Assembly (NCBI GenBank): GCA_965662235.1
Contig: CBFIGY010000002.1
Location: 160,001 to 224,000, forward strand
Length of the DNA: 64,000 bases
From: an uncultured bacterium
GTDB lineage: Bacteria > SAR324 > NAC60-12
Reading direction: 5' to 3'
In this document: positions 39,728 to 49,650 of the stretch, in pieces
Layout of the letters: each line of letters opens with the position of its first letter
Position numbering within the stretch: position 1 is the first letter of the stretch
Position numbers and translations under genes: made by a program
The notes under the pieces: model-generated
Databases searched by the model: none
Seen by the model: only the letters and a program-made list of their open reading frames with translations
What the model was told of the DNA's origin: nothing

Positions 39728-41332
39728 TCACGAGCGGACCACCGTTTGAGGGGAAACTCCAATCTCCCGGAGTTTGGCTTTTTGCACCTTGCTGGTCGGA
39801 GTTTTGGGCAAAGCCTCCACCCACTCCAGAAAACGGGGCTGCATGAAGCGCGGCAGGTGCTGCTCACAGTACGCCCAGATCGCGTCTGCAGAGGGCGGTC
39901 CCCCAGGTTGGGGCACAAGCACCAGCTTGATTTCATCTTCGCCTCCCCGGATGGAGTCCGGCACTGCGATGGCAGCAACCTCTGCAACCGCTGGATGTTC
40001 CAACAGAACCGATTCCAGCTCATAGGAAGAAATGTTCTCTCCTCGCCGGCGAATGCAGTCCTTGATGCGGTCCCGGAAGTAAAAGTACCCCTCGGCATCG
40101 CACTGTCCGGCATCACCGGTGTGAAACCAGAAGTTCCGCCACGCCTCCACGGTCTTGTCCGGAAGCGCATGGTATCCGGCCATGAAACCATAGGGCTGCT
40201 TGGGCCGGACGCAGATTTCCCCAATTTCCCCAGCAGGGACGGGTTCATCGGTTTCCGGGTGCAAAATGGTCACGTCAAAGTACGCGTCCCAAGGCTTCCC
40301 GCAGCTTCCCGGACGTGGAGCGTCCAAGGGGCTGTAGAGCGGAATGTTGACCTCGGTCATGCCATAAAGCTCCACCACATGCGGCACCCCGAAGCGCTGT
40401 CGAAACGGCTCAACCTGTTCCGCAGGCAACGGAGCCGAGGTGAGCACCCGCAACACGTGGTCCTGATCGTCCTTGGAAGGCGGCTGGCGGAGGATGAATT
40501 CCACCATGACGCCCAAGGCGTTTGAGACCGTACACTGGTGTTGGCGGACGTCTGAGAGCCAAGCGGAGGCGCTGAAGCGTTCCCGAATGACCGCGGTTGC
40601 GCCTCGGATCAGCACGGCATACACCTGCATGAACAGGGCATTGGCGTGGAACAGAGGCAGACAGACGTAGTAGCGGTCGTCTTCCTGAAGCCTCAGGTTC
40701 TCAATGGTCCCCAGCCCAAACAGATAGGTGTGGGCGTGAGGCATCAGCACTCCTTTAGACGGTCCAGTGGTCCCCGAGGTATAAAGGATCGACGCCAGGT
40801 CACGGTAGGTCACCGCAGCGACTTCTCCGTCTGGAGGTCCTGCCATCAGCGTGGAAAACGCCTGCCAGGGCTTCTTCAGGTCCGGAGGTCCAGCTCGGGG
40901 GGCCGTTTCCGGAGCAGTGGGTTCCGTCAGAACCACCCACTCCAGATGAGGCAAGGTGTCAGAAATTTCGTTTAGCTTGTCCAAGAACTCGGGAGGCATC
41001 ACCAGCACCTTGGCCTGACTGTCTGCCAGGACGTGCCGCAGGAAGCTCCCTTGGTATTCGAGATTGACCGCCACATGAACGGCGCCCCGGTAACTGCACC
41101 CCAACCAAGTCAACAGGTGGGAGCGGTTGTTGGGAAGCCACACCGCAACGCGGTCTCCGAAACCGACGCCCAAGCGCTTCAGGCCTGTTGCGACCTGATG
41201 TGCCTGTGCGTCCGCCTCCGAGTAAGTGAGAGCAGAGCCTGTCAAAAACTGAACCCACGTCTGGTCTGGACGTTCCTGAGCCTGACGTTTCAGTTGGCGC
41301 GTGAGCACCCAAGTTTCGACAGAGCCATCCAT
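39728..41332 (-). CDS. CaiC-like ATP-dependent acyl-CoA ligase
   Basis: 'YTSGTTGPSKG', 'YGMTE', 'WFHTGD', 'RRRGENISS', 'PKTPTSK'. Confidence 0.9.
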   Translation of the reverse strand: MDGSVETWVLTRQLKRQAQERPDQTWVQFLTGSALTYSEADAQAHQVATGLKRLGVGFGDRVAVWLPNNRSHLLTWLGCSYRGAVHVAVNLEYQGSFLRHVLADSQAKVLVMPPEFLDKLNEISDTLPHLEWVVLTEPTAPETAPRAGPPDLKKPWQAFSTLMAGPPDGEVAAVTYRDLASILYTSGTTGPSKGVLMPHAHTYLFGLGTIENLRLQEDDRYYVCLPLFHANALFMQVYAVLIRGATAVIRERFSASAWLSDVRQHQCTVSNALGVMVEFILRQPPSKDDQDHVLRVLTSAPLPAEQVEPFRQRFGVPHVVELYGMTEVNIPLYSPLDAPRPGSCGKPWDAYFDVTILHPETDEPVPAGEIGEICVRPKQPYGFMAGYHALPDKTVEAWRNFWFHTGDAGQCDAEGYFYFRDRIKDCIRRRGENISSYELESVLLEHPAVAEVAAIAVPDSIRGGEDEIKLVLVPQPGGPPSADAIWAYCEQHLPRFMQPRFLEWVEALPKTPTSKVQKAKLREIGVSPQTVVRS

Positions 41333-41634
41333 GCTCTTCCCCGGCTTGGGATTGTGAGCGCCTGTCCCCTCATCGCGCACTGACGAGAGGACAGACGACT
41401 CCCTGGAAAAATGCACCCCACATTTTTCCTAAAAATAAGATCTACCTGACAAATTGGGCAGAGGTTCAGTGCGAAAAGCCCGCTTGAGTGACTTTTCCTA
41501 CGGAAACTCCGCATTTTGGCTGAAGGGCTCCTCCGGATGCTTGTGGGGAGTCCATTGTCGGGTTCCTCAGAAATGCCTGAGGCGGCGGCTAGGGAGTCAG
41601 GAAGAGAGAGCTCCTCCTGACTTCCGAATGAGAC

Positions 41635-42078
41635 TTAGCCTTGAGCGCGGAAGGTTCCTCGCTCAGCGGCGGCCTGAACTGCGGCACGCTGCTTCTGGGC
41701 CGTATTCTGCTGACGCAGTTGGTTCCAGCCCTGGCGCAGGGTTTCTGCGACCTTGATGAGTTCTCGAATGACCTCCGGATCCTTGCGGAGGTTGGCTTCG
41801 ACAATGCGGCGGAACATGTAGAGGTAGAGCTCTCTCAGGTTCTTGCCGATTTCACCCGTGTTCTCCACCCGGAGGGTCGAGAGCAACTCGTTCACAATGT
41901 CTTTGCTCCGCATGAGGTAGTTGTGCGTGCCTTCGATGTCGTTGGCTTCTGCACGAGACTCCGCCTTGCGAAGAAAACGGACCATGCCGTCATACAGCAT
42001 GATGATCAGGGTGAGCTGATCGGATGTCTGGACGTTCGTTTGATAGTACGCCCGATAAGACTGGTTTGGGGTGCGCAT
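41635..42078 (-). CDS. fliS: Flagellin chaperone FliS (copy 2)
   Basis: 'AY....V.T..Q..LIIMLYDG', 'GEIGKNLRELY.YM', 'LRQGW'. Confidence 0.92.
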   Translation of the reverse strand: MRTPNQSYRAYYQTNVQTSDQLTLIIMLYDGMVRFLRKAESRAEANDIEGTHNYLMRSKDIVNELLSTLRVENTGEIGKNLRELYLYMFRRIVEANLRKDPEVIRELIKVAETLRQGWNQLRQQNTAQKQRAAVQAAAERGTFRAQG

Positions 42079-42092
42079 TAATCCCTCCTGGA

Positions 42093-42548
42093 TTACCCTC
42101 TTAGATTGAGACGTTTGTCAACAGACGCGCTGGGTGTAGGACGAACGGAGGCCTTGCCGGGGGTGGCGGCTTTTTGTGGCGTTCCGATATGGACCCACGC
42201 TTCGCGCAGCTCCTTGAGCAGACCAAGAACCACCTTGGCCGGCTCCGGATTCTTGTGCACATTGGCTTCAATGAGCTGACTGAACATAAAGCTGTAGAGG
42301 CTTTGGAGGTTCTTGGCAATCTCGCCCCCTTTTTCAAGGTTCAGAGAGGACATCAGCTCAGCCACAATGTTCTTGGCCTTGACCAGGGCATTGTGTGTGC
42401 GTTCGATTTCCTTTTTTTGAATAGACTCAATAGCGAACGCAGTGTTCTTGATTGCTCCGTCATAGAGCATGATGATCAGCTTGTTCTGATCGAGCGTGTT
42501 GACCGCTGCACGTTTGTAGGCGCTTTGATAACCGCTGTACGGATTCAT
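42093..42548 (-). CDS. fliS: Flagellin chaperone FliS (copy 1)
   Basis: 'AY..AAVNT..Q.KLIIMLYDGAI', 'GGEIAKNLQSLY', 'LREAW'. Confidence 0.94.
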   Translation of the reverse strand: MNPYSGYQSAYKRAAVNTLDQNKLIIMLYDGAIKNTAFAIESIQKKEIERTHNALVKAKNIVAELMSSLNLEKGGEIAKNLQSLYSFMFSQLIEANVHKNPEPAKVVLGLLKELREAWVHIGTPQKAATPGKASVRPTPSASVDKRLNLRG

Positions 42549-42592
42549 GAACTTCTCTTCGCTGAGTTACAAAAAAGGGTTACTCACCTAGG

Positions 42593-45500
42593 TCAACCAT
42601 CCTTCTTCTGGCCGCCTCCGCCCATGGCGGAAAGCTGCTGGCTGACGTAGCTTTGCTGGGACCGAAGGCGTCCCATTGTACTGTCGAGCTTGGCAAACTT
42701 GAGCTGAAGCTGCTGATGCTTCGAGTCAATGCGCTCGTTCATGCGTTTGAGCTGCTCATCGTAGCTGCTCATCTGTTCACTCAGGTCCTGGGTGACCTTC
42801 TTGTACTTGCCGTCCACCGGACTATTGATCTCGTCCAGCTTCTCCTGAAGCTTCACCGCCACGCCCTTGGTGACCGTGACACTGGCTTCCGGACCGTCCT
42901 TGAGGTCCTTATCGTTGAGGGTCACATAAACCCGCAACCCGTCTGAGTTGGCTCCGTCTGGGCCAAGCAGCAGCTGACCCCGTCCAGGCGCCTCAACACC
43001 GTCGATGGTGCCCTGCACGTCCTGACCGTTTGTCTGAGTGGCAGAAGAAAGCCCCAGAGCGTCCAGGTTCTTGTCTTCTCCGGGCTCCACTTCAACAGAC
43101 GAGTTCTTCCCGTATGAGCCCGACACGAATCGCAGGCCTCCTTGGTAGGATTCAACCTGAATCCCACGGCGCCCCAGCACCTTGTCCTCATTGAGGAGCT
43201 TCTGAATCGACTTTGCCAGGCTGGAGACGGTGTAAACGTCCTTGCGCAGCTCAATCGGGTCGGAAGCCCGACCATTGTTTCGGACGACCAGCACGTTGTT
43301 CGTGTCATCAATCCGCACCATTCCTCCGGGAATGGCTTCTCCCAGCAGCGTGCCTTTCTTGGCCACCTGTGTGACGTCGACCTTGTACCCTTCCGGGCTG
43401 ATCTGCGTCTTGTCTCCTAGGCCCACAAAAGAGACGCCGGGGTTGTCAGACTCGCCGTTGCTGCGGAACAGGTTCGCAACGGACACAAAGTCGTTCTCAA
43501 TCTTCTCACTCAGCTTTTTGTCATCCAACGACATGATGCCCTTGTCGTTGATGCGCAGCCCAATGGAGAAGAGCATGTTGGTCGCCGGAGGCAACCCCGC
43601 CACCGTCGCAATCGTCGTGGTGGCAATCTCGTTGGTCATCTGCGTCAGGTTGCGATCACTCAACAGCGGTGCTGCTGTGTTGGTCGCCTTGTCGAACTTG
43701 GACACCTCCTTTGCCGTTGCTTGGTAGGTGTTGTACGCGTCCACAAAGTCCTGAACCCGCTCACGAGCCTTATCCGTGTCGCCAATCACCGAAACGGTCA
43801 CCAGCTCCTTGCTCGGAGAGAGGAACTCCAGATCAAGGCCCGGAATGATGTCGTTGGCCTTGTTCTCGGAACGTCGAACCTCCAAACCGCCTCCCTGGTC
43901 AGAAGCGCCGAGGCGCAGCACCAAGTCCTTTGCCTGCCTCACCGTCGAGGTGTAGGTCCGGATCTGGAAGCTGTCTCCTTCGTACAGATCCCCTGGTCCC
44001 AAAGCGACGTTCAGGCCACTGTCAAAGGGAACAGCAGTTCCCGGGCGGTAGCCTTCGCCCATGTTGATGACCCCTTTGTTGCCCTGGTCATCTTCCCAGT
44101 CCACCAGCAGGGCTCGGGTGATGCCAACACCCCCGCGACGTCGCACCGAGAAGGTGTACGTCTTGGCCAGGTCTTGGTCATACGATCCGGTCACGCGGAT
44201 CTCTGCGGTGCTGACGTTGCCTCCGTATTCCGGAAGCGCGTCTTCCACCTTGGGCCGGTTCGCATCGCGAACCTCAGGCTCAAGGTCTTCGTAGGCTTGC
44301 CACTCGGCAACCTCGTTCACCTTGCCGGTCACGCCTCGGACCTCGTCGGGCAACCACCACCAGCTTTCCGAGGTGGGCGCCGTCAGGTCCACTTCAGCGG
44401 TGTCGCCATCCTGCAGAACGCCAGGTGGGACTTCCACAAACAGTCCGTTGCCAATGGGCAGGGACGTTGGCGTGGCCTTCGGTTCTTCGCCGTTGAACTT
44501 CAGGTCAAACAGCTCTTCCCCGTCTTTGGCGTCATAAGCCGTCGCCGTTGCCGGATCGCGTTGATCCGCCGATTCCGACTGGTACGGGTAGCTGAGGCTC
44601 AGCTCACCGGTTTCGCCGGTTTCGGTAAACTCATAGTGCAGCACCAGCGGAGTCTTTCCTCCCACCTGACCGCTGCCTTGAATGCGGAAGAGGACCTGCT
44701 GGTCGTCTTCGCCTTCATACTGACCGGTCACCCGAATCCCGCCCTTTTCCCCCTTGAGGCCCCAGTCGCTGGGAGGGTACACCTTGGAGGCACGGTCGGT
44801 GTCACTGAGCCACCAGAGCATGTCTGAACGGGCGGCTCGGGCCTTGACCTTGAAGCTGTCGCCACTGACGATTTCTCCGTCACTGAAGCGCAGCTGAACG
44901 CCATCAACCACTTCCACCGGAGTTCCTGGGGAGTAGTTGTACTCGTTGATCTCAATCTGCCCCTCTCGGCCCAGGTTATCGGACCAGCCGAGCACCACGC
45001 CTTCCGGAGAGGGAATCACTCCTGACTTGAGCACCCGAAAGGTCAGGTCCAAGTCCTCTTCACCGGTGTAGTTTCCGGTCGAATCAATGATGGGAGTCGA
45101 AGCTCCCGCGCCGCCCCGTTCGATGACTTTCGGAGGAGCGACCTCCAAGCCCGTCCAGTCCGCCGTTTCGTCGTGGCGGTTCCGGAAGTCGGGCGAGTTG
45201 TCCGCGCCTTGAAGGTTGACGGTCATGTTGATCCGCCCCTCTTCCCCAGTCCGTTTGCTGGTCAGCAGCAGCCGGTAGGGTTGATCTCCGTGGGTCTTGG
45301 CAATGAACGCCTCCACCTCGGCTTCTGATTCGTTGATGGTCCGGCGCAGGCCCTCCAACGTGTTGTTGTCACCGTCAATGGTCAGCGTCACGGGAGAGTC
45401 CTCCTCGTTGTTACCCACCTTGATGCTCACGGTGCCCGTGCCAATGCGTTCGTCTTCCGAGTCAAACCCCTGAGACGCAATCTGGTGCGACAGGGCAACG

Positions 45501-45814
45501 GAATCGACCGCGATGACGGTCTTGCCAGGCTTTGCATCCCGGCGGGCGCGGGCCACCACCACTTCTGGGTGACTGGACTCGACGCTACGAGCCTCCCAGA
45601 TTTCGGTACTGTCCAGCGAGGTGACGACATCCTGCAGCTTGTCGAGCTCCGCTTTGACGATGCTCCAGGACTCTATCTCCTTGAGCTTCTCCTCCTTGCG
45701 TTGCTGGATGGGCTCAAGTTTCCGTTTTTCAATTTTGACGAAGCGGTCAACGATCTCCTGGGTGTTCATCTTGGAACCCAGGCCGGTTACCGCATTCGGA
45801 TTCATTTCCGCCAA
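42593..45814 (-). CDS. fliD: Flagellar filament cap FliD, unusually large (1073 aa)
   Basis: N-terminal 'TGLGS.MNTQEIV', 'LLLTSK.TG', 'IIPGL', 'FVDAYN', C-terminal 'LQLKFAKLDS'; adjacent to fliS. Confidence 0.92.
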   Translation of the reverse strand: MAEMNPNAVTGLGSKMNTQEIVDRFVKIEKRKLEPIQQRKEEKLKEIESWSIVKAELDKLQDVVTSLDSTEIWEARSVESSHPEVVVARARRDAKPGKTVIAVDSVALSHQIASQGFDSEDERIGTGTVSIKVGNNEEDSPVTLTIDGDNNTLEGLRRTINESEAEVEAFIAKTHGDQPYRLLLTSKRTGEEGRINMTVNLQGADNSPDFRNRHDETADWTGLEVAPPKVIERGGAGASTPIIDSTGNYTGEEDLDLTFRVLKSGVIPSPEGVVLGWSDNLGREGQIEINEYNYSPGTPVEVVDGVQLRFSDGEIVSGDSFKVKARAARSDMLWWLSDTDRASKVYPPSDWGLKGEKGGIRVTGQYEGEDDQQVLFRIQGSGQVGGKTPLVLHYEFTETGETGELSLSYPYQSESADQRDPATATAYDAKDGEELFDLKFNGEEPKATPTSLPIGNGLFVEVPPGVLQDGDTAEVDLTAPTSESWWWLPDEVRGVTGKVNEVAEWQAYEDLEPEVRDANRPKVEDALPEYGGNVSTAEIRVTGSYDQDLAKTYTFSVRRRGGVGITRALLVDWEDDQGNKGVINMGEGYRPGTAVPFDSGLNVALGPGDLYEGDSFQIRTYTSTVRQAKDLVLRLGASDQGGGLEVRRSENKANDIIPGLDLEFLSPSKELVTVSVIGDTDKARERVQDFVDAYNTYQATAKEVSKFDKATNTAAPLLSDRNLTQMTNEIATTTIATVAGLPPATNMLFSIGLRINDKGIMSLDDKKLSEKIENDFVSVANLFRSNGESDNPGVSFVGLGDKTQISPEGYKVDVTQVAKKGTLLGEAIPGGMVRIDDTNNVLVVRNNGRASDPIELRKDVYTVSSLAKSIQKLLNEDKVLGRRGIQVESYQGGLRFVSGSYGKNSSVEVEPGEDKNLDALGLSSATQTNGQDVQGTIDGVEAPGRGQLLLGPDGANSDGLRVYVTLNDKDLKDGPEASVTVTKGVAVKLQEKLDEINSPVDGKYKKVTQDLSEQMSSYDEQLKRMNERIDSKHQQLQLKFAKLDSTMGRLRSQQSYVSQQLSAMGGGGQKKDG

Positions 45815-45970
45815 GGCAGATTTCGCTTCTCAGACGTGCAAGTTTGCCGCTACCTAGGAAGAAATTTCCTCAGGAGCTTAAACGCAAACCTCTGAAATAA
45901 TTGACCATCCTCAAAACCGCCCAAAAGACGGAGAGGGGGCACTCAGAGGCTTCAAGAAGCGTTCCAGCGC

Positions 45971-47728
45971 TTAGTTGCCCACGTTCAGCAGTTGCAGGAC
46001 GGAGCGAGGCACCTGGTTGGCCTGGGCCAGCATGGCGGTGCCTGAGGAGAGCAGGATCTGGTTCTTGACCAGGTGGCTCATCTCTTCAGCCATGTCGGTG
46101 TCAGCCAGCTGCGACTCGGAGGACGTCAGGTTCTCGCGAGCCACCCGAAGGTTGTTGAGGTTGGTTTCCAGAGAGTTCTTCTGGAAGGACCCCAGCCGAC
46201 CGCGCAGCGAGGAAACGTCTCCAATGGCCGAGTCGACGACCAAGAGGGCATCCTGTGCCAGGTCAGCGCCTCGGACGTCAATGTCTGCCAGGCTGCGGAA
46301 GCCACTTCCGTTTTCCACGTTGGTGGCCAAAAACTCCGGATTGATGCTCCGGACCGAAATCTTTCCCTGCTGGCCGTAGTTCGGGCCAATTTGGAAGTTC
46401 AGGGAGTTCTGAGTGACGTGGACGTAGCCGTCAACGGGTTCTCCGACAAGGAGGTCGTTTCCGTTTTCCTGCTTGAAGAGTCCGGCCACGCGGTTGTCAA
46501 TGCGGTTGAAGACTTCGTAGATGACATCGTCCGTCGTGTTCGAGTACCGGACCATGACGCCTTCTGCCGGAGTGCCGGGGGCGCCGGTGAGGTACTGTCC
46601 CTCTCCAAGAGCTGGCTCGCCGATGCCCGTTTCCGGGTTGCCTCCGATTGAGCCTTCCACGTCCCGTCCGGGAATGGAGAAGATCGCTTCGTTGGCAGGC
46701 GTGTCTTCTTCAAAGAAGTAGTCTAGGGTCGTGGAGACCGTGAAGTTGGGCGCACTGCCGAAGTCTCGGTGGCGGATGACGATCACTTCCTCATCCCCAA
46801 CCAGGTCCTTGATCTCACCCGGATAGTCCGCCAGCTTCCGCAGGGCATCATCCAGCGTGTTGAAATCAGAGATGTACTGTCCCAACTGTTCGGAGGGGCG
46901 GTACACCATCACTTCGACGTTCATACCGGCATCATCCACCTGACGCTGCATCTCGCTGGCAATGAGCTGCTGCACAGCACGCTCAGCGCGGTAGATGGAG
47001 TCTGGGGATCCATCTCGCAGAGCCGCACTGGCCAGCTTTTCGATCTGGCTGTTCAGCTCCTTGTTCTTGTTGAGGTCAATGCCAACGGTCCGCTTTCCTT
47101 CATTGATGACGAAGGACACCACCTTGTTGGGGTCTGAGGAGACCACATCTTCTAGGTGCAGGGAACGGGTAGCGACCAGGAAGGAGCGGGTGGCCACTTG
47201 TGTGATGTCCACCTTGTAACCTTCTGCCGGAGACGACTTGCTGGCCTCGGTGGCGCTGATGAAGTCGAGCCCGTTTCCGACCGCAACTCCGGTAGCAGCA
47301 TTGCTGCCGTCCAGAAGCGTCTGGGTGCCGAACTGCGTGTTCTTGGCAATGTTCCGGATGGTCGAGAGCAGGTTCTCAATCTCAATCTGGTCGGCCTCCA
47401 GCATCTTCTCATCGTTGGCTCCTTCGTTTGCCGCATGAACAGCGAGCTGACGGAGGTTGATGAGGATGTTGCTGACCTCGCTGAGGGCGCTTTCCGTGGT
47501 CTGGATCATGGAGATGGAGGTCTCCGAGTTCTGGACCGCTTGCCCCAGGGATTCGATCTGCGACTTCATCTGTTCAGAGATCACCAGAGACGCCGGTCCG
47601 TCAGAGGCTCGATTCAAGCGTCGTCCAGAGGAGAGCCGCTCCAGATTGCCCGTCAGTTCGCGCTCGGTGCGGTTCAGTTGCCGCAGAGCGTTGAGGGCTG
47701 CTATGTTGGAGTTGACCCGAAGTGCCAT
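45971..47728 (-). CDS. fliC: Flagellin (585 aa, large variable domain)
   Basis: 'LRVNSNIAAL', 'LERLSSG', 'LLDGS', 'FQIGPN', 'DTDMAEEM', 'AQANQVP.SVLQLL'. Confidence 0.96.
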   Translation of the reverse strand: MALRVNSNIAALNALRQLNRTERELTGNLERLSSGRRLNRASDGPASLVISEQMKSQIESLGQAVQNSETSISMIQTTESALSEVSNILINLRQLAVHAANEGANDEKMLEADQIEIENLLSTIRNIAKNTQFGTQTLLDGSNAATGVAVGNGLDFISATEASKSSPAEGYKVDITQVATRSFLVATRSLHLEDVVSSDPNKVVSFVINEGKRTVGIDLNKNKELNSQIEKLASAALRDGSPDSIYRAERAVQQLIASEMQRQVDDAGMNVEVMVYRPSEQLGQYISDFNTLDDALRKLADYPGEIKDLVGDEEVIVIRHRDFGSAPNFTVSTTLDYFFEEDTPANEAIFSIPGRDVEGSIGGNPETGIGEPALGEGQYLTGAPGTPAEGVMVRYSNTTDDVIYEVFNRIDNRVAGLFKQENGNDLLVGEPVDGYVHVTQNSLNFQIGPNYGQQGKISVRSINPEFLATNVENGSGFRSLADIDVRGADLAQDALLVVDSAIGDVSSLRGRLGSFQKNSLETNLNNLRVARENLTSSESQLADTDMAEEMSHLVKNQILLSSGTAMLAQANQVPRSVLQLLNVGN

Positions 47729-47768
47729 TGGTGGTTCCGAGAGTTGAAGTTAACTGTTCCTGAATGCC

Positions 47769-47795
47769 TTATCGGCAACGGGGCAGAATTCTTTA
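47769..47795 (-). promoter_or_regulatory. sigma28 promoter of the flagellin-fliD-fliS cluster
   Basis: TAAA-gaattctgccccgtt(15 nt)-GCCGATAA. Confidence 0.88.
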
Positions 47796-47859
47796 GCAAC
47801 AAGATGATTTTTTTTCATCTGGCCGCTGGAGCCTTCTGCTGCACCGCGACTTGTGTTCC

Positions 47860-47886
47860 TTATCGGATGCTCCGCCCAAGACTTTA
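47860..47886 (-). promoter_or_regulatory. Upstream tandem sigma28 promoter
   Basis: TAAA-gtcttgggcggagca(15 nt)-TCCGATAA. Confidence 0.7.
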
Positions 47887-47901
47887 ACAAAAAAATGCAT
47901 C

Positions 47902-48960
47902 ATGCCTCCTGAACCCCTCTCTGACTTTCAGCAGCAGCTCCTTTCCTGGTTCGCGGAGCACCAGCGCGACCTCCCGTGGCGGCAGGGATACGACCCCTAT
48001 GGCGTCTGGGTGTCGGAGGTGATGCTGCAGCAAACGCAGGTCAAGACGGTGCTGCCGTATTATCAACGGTGGATGGCACGGCTTCCGCGGCTGCAGGACC
48101 TAGCCACGATTCCCGAATCGGAACTGATGGGGCTTTGGGAAGGACTGGGGTACTACTCGCGGGTCCGGAACCTCCAGAAGGCGGCACAGGTCGTCTGTGA
48201 ACAGCACCAGGGACAGGTCCCAGATACGGTGGAGGCGCTCCTGAAGCTGCCTGGAGTGGGACGCTACACCGCCGGAGCGATTGCGAGCATTGCCTATAAC
48301 AAGGATGCGCCGCTGGTGGATGGAAATGTCATTCGGGTATTCTGCCGTTTGGAGGCGTGGGAGGCCCCCGTCAACGATCGGGTGCAGCAGGAGCAGATCT
48401 GGAGCCGGGCGGAGGCGACCCTTCCGTCTGGACGGGCCCGGGAATTCAACCAGGCTCTAATGGAGTTGGGAGCACTGGTGTGTACGCCCCAAAACCCGAG
48501 CTGCCTCCTCTGTCCGGTGCAGGCGCACTGTGCCGCCCACCAGCAGGGACGCGTCCATGAGCTGCCCCGTCCCAAGCCCCGTCAGGCTCCCACAGAGGTC
48601 GAAAAGGCGGTGGCGCTGGTGCAAACGGAGCAGGGCCTGCTGGTCCGGTTCCGGGCAGAGGCGAAGCTCATGCAGGGCCTGTGGGAGGTTCCAACCGTGG
48701 AGGTGCCTGCGGAGGAAGACGGCCCCACAGTGCTGGAGCATTGGCTGAGGCAGGAGTTGGGCGGCACGTGGACTGTAGGGCCAGAGGAGCAGCGCTTGAC
48801 GCATCGCTACACGCGCTTCAAGGCGACCCTGCACTGCTACCGTGTGGAACCCGGAGCCGCAGTTCCCCTTCCGGAACACTGGGCCTGGCTGACAGCAGAG
48901 ACCGCAGACGCCTTTGCCCTGCCAACGGTTTTCCGGAAGCTCGTTTCTACGCTTTTCTGA
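47902..48960 (+). CDS. mutY: A/G-specific adenine glycosylase MutY
   Basis: 'RDLPWR', 'VSEVMLQQT', 'WEGLGYY', 'LPGVGRYTAGA', 'DGNV', Fe-S motif C-x6-C-x2-C-x5-C, C-terminal Nudix-like domain. Confidence 0.96.
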   Translation: MPPEPLSDFQQQLLSWFAEHQRDLPWRQGYDPYGVWVSEVMLQQTQVKTVLPYYQRWMARLPRLQDLATIPESELMGLWEGLGYYSRVRNLQKAAQVVCEQHQGQVPDTVEALLKLPGVGRYTAGAIASIAYNKDAPLVDGNVIRVFCRLEAWEAPVNDRVQQEQIWSRAEATLPSGRAREFNQALMELGALVCTPQNPSCLLCPVQAHCAAHQQGRVHELPRPKPRQAPTEVEKAVALVQTEQGLLVRFRAEAKLMQGLWEVPTVEVPAEEDGPTVLEHWLRQELGGTWTVGPEEQRLTHRYTRFKATLHCYRVEPGAAVPLPEHWAWLTAETADAFALPTVFRKLVSTLF

Positions 48961-49051
48961 CGTTTTTTCTTGCTTTTCCCCAGCGTCCATGGATTCATGA
49001 AGGACCGCCATCCCGGCGGGGATCCTTCAAAACACCAGTAAGGAGTGGCTA

Positions 49052-49336
49052 ATGAAGAAACTCGCTTGTGTATTCGTAGGGGGACTGATGCTTGCCGGAA
49101 CCGCTTGGGCCGGCTGCTCGGGACACTCAAACCTGACCATGGCCAAGATGTCCAAGGGGCAGGATGTGATTGTGGTTGTGGAAGTCAACGGCATGCAGTT
49201 GGAAGAAGTCCGAGGCACCTCGGAGACGCCGATCTACAACGTCAAGAGCACCATGGGACAGGTCGTGGCAAAGGAGATCACCAAAGATCAACTCTCCACC
49301 CAGTTCCCAGAACTCCACAAGGCCCTCGCCGGCTAA
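49052..49336 (+). CDS. Small exported hypothetical protein
   Basis: Strong RBS AAGGAG, signal peptide MKKL...AWA, host-like codon usage, downstream hairpin at 49344-49364. Confidence 0.75.
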   Translation: MKKLACVFVGGLMLAGTAWAGCSGHSNLTMAKMSKGQDVIVVVEVNGMQLEEVRGTSETPIYNVKSTMGQVVAKEITKDQLSTQFPELHKALAG

Positions 49337-49387
49337 GACCCGAAGCGCCCGGATCCCGGGCGCTCTCGACCCCACCTTGCTTCTTCC

Positions 49388-49621
49388 TTAAACGAATTCC
49401 CCATCCAACTCCGCTTCCCAGTCGGAGTCTTCTAGGTTCAGAACGCCGCCGCCCAGATTGACACGCCGTCGTGTGTCTTCCGAGTTGGTCGGGTTCAGTC
49501 GCGTGATGGTTCCTCCTCGCTGAAGGAACTCAGCCACGGCTTCGTCAAGTTCATTGCGGGTGATTTCGGGCTCGCGTTGCTGGACACGAGCAAACTGAGG
49601 ACTGGTTGGTAGTGGTTTCAC
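49388..49621 (-). CDS. SutA-like RNA polymerase-binding domain protein
   Basis: 'RNELDEAVAEFLQRGGTITRL' resembles the SutA core 'RDALAKAMEEFLSRGGKVQEI'; acidic tail; own sigma70 promoter. Confidence 0.6.
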   Translation of the reverse strand: MKPLPTSPQFARVQQREPEITRNELDEAVAEFLQRGGTITRLNPTNSEDTRRRVNLGGGVLNLEDSDWEAELDGEFV

Positions 49622-49650
49622 AAGAAGGCCTTGATTGAGGAAAACCAAAA

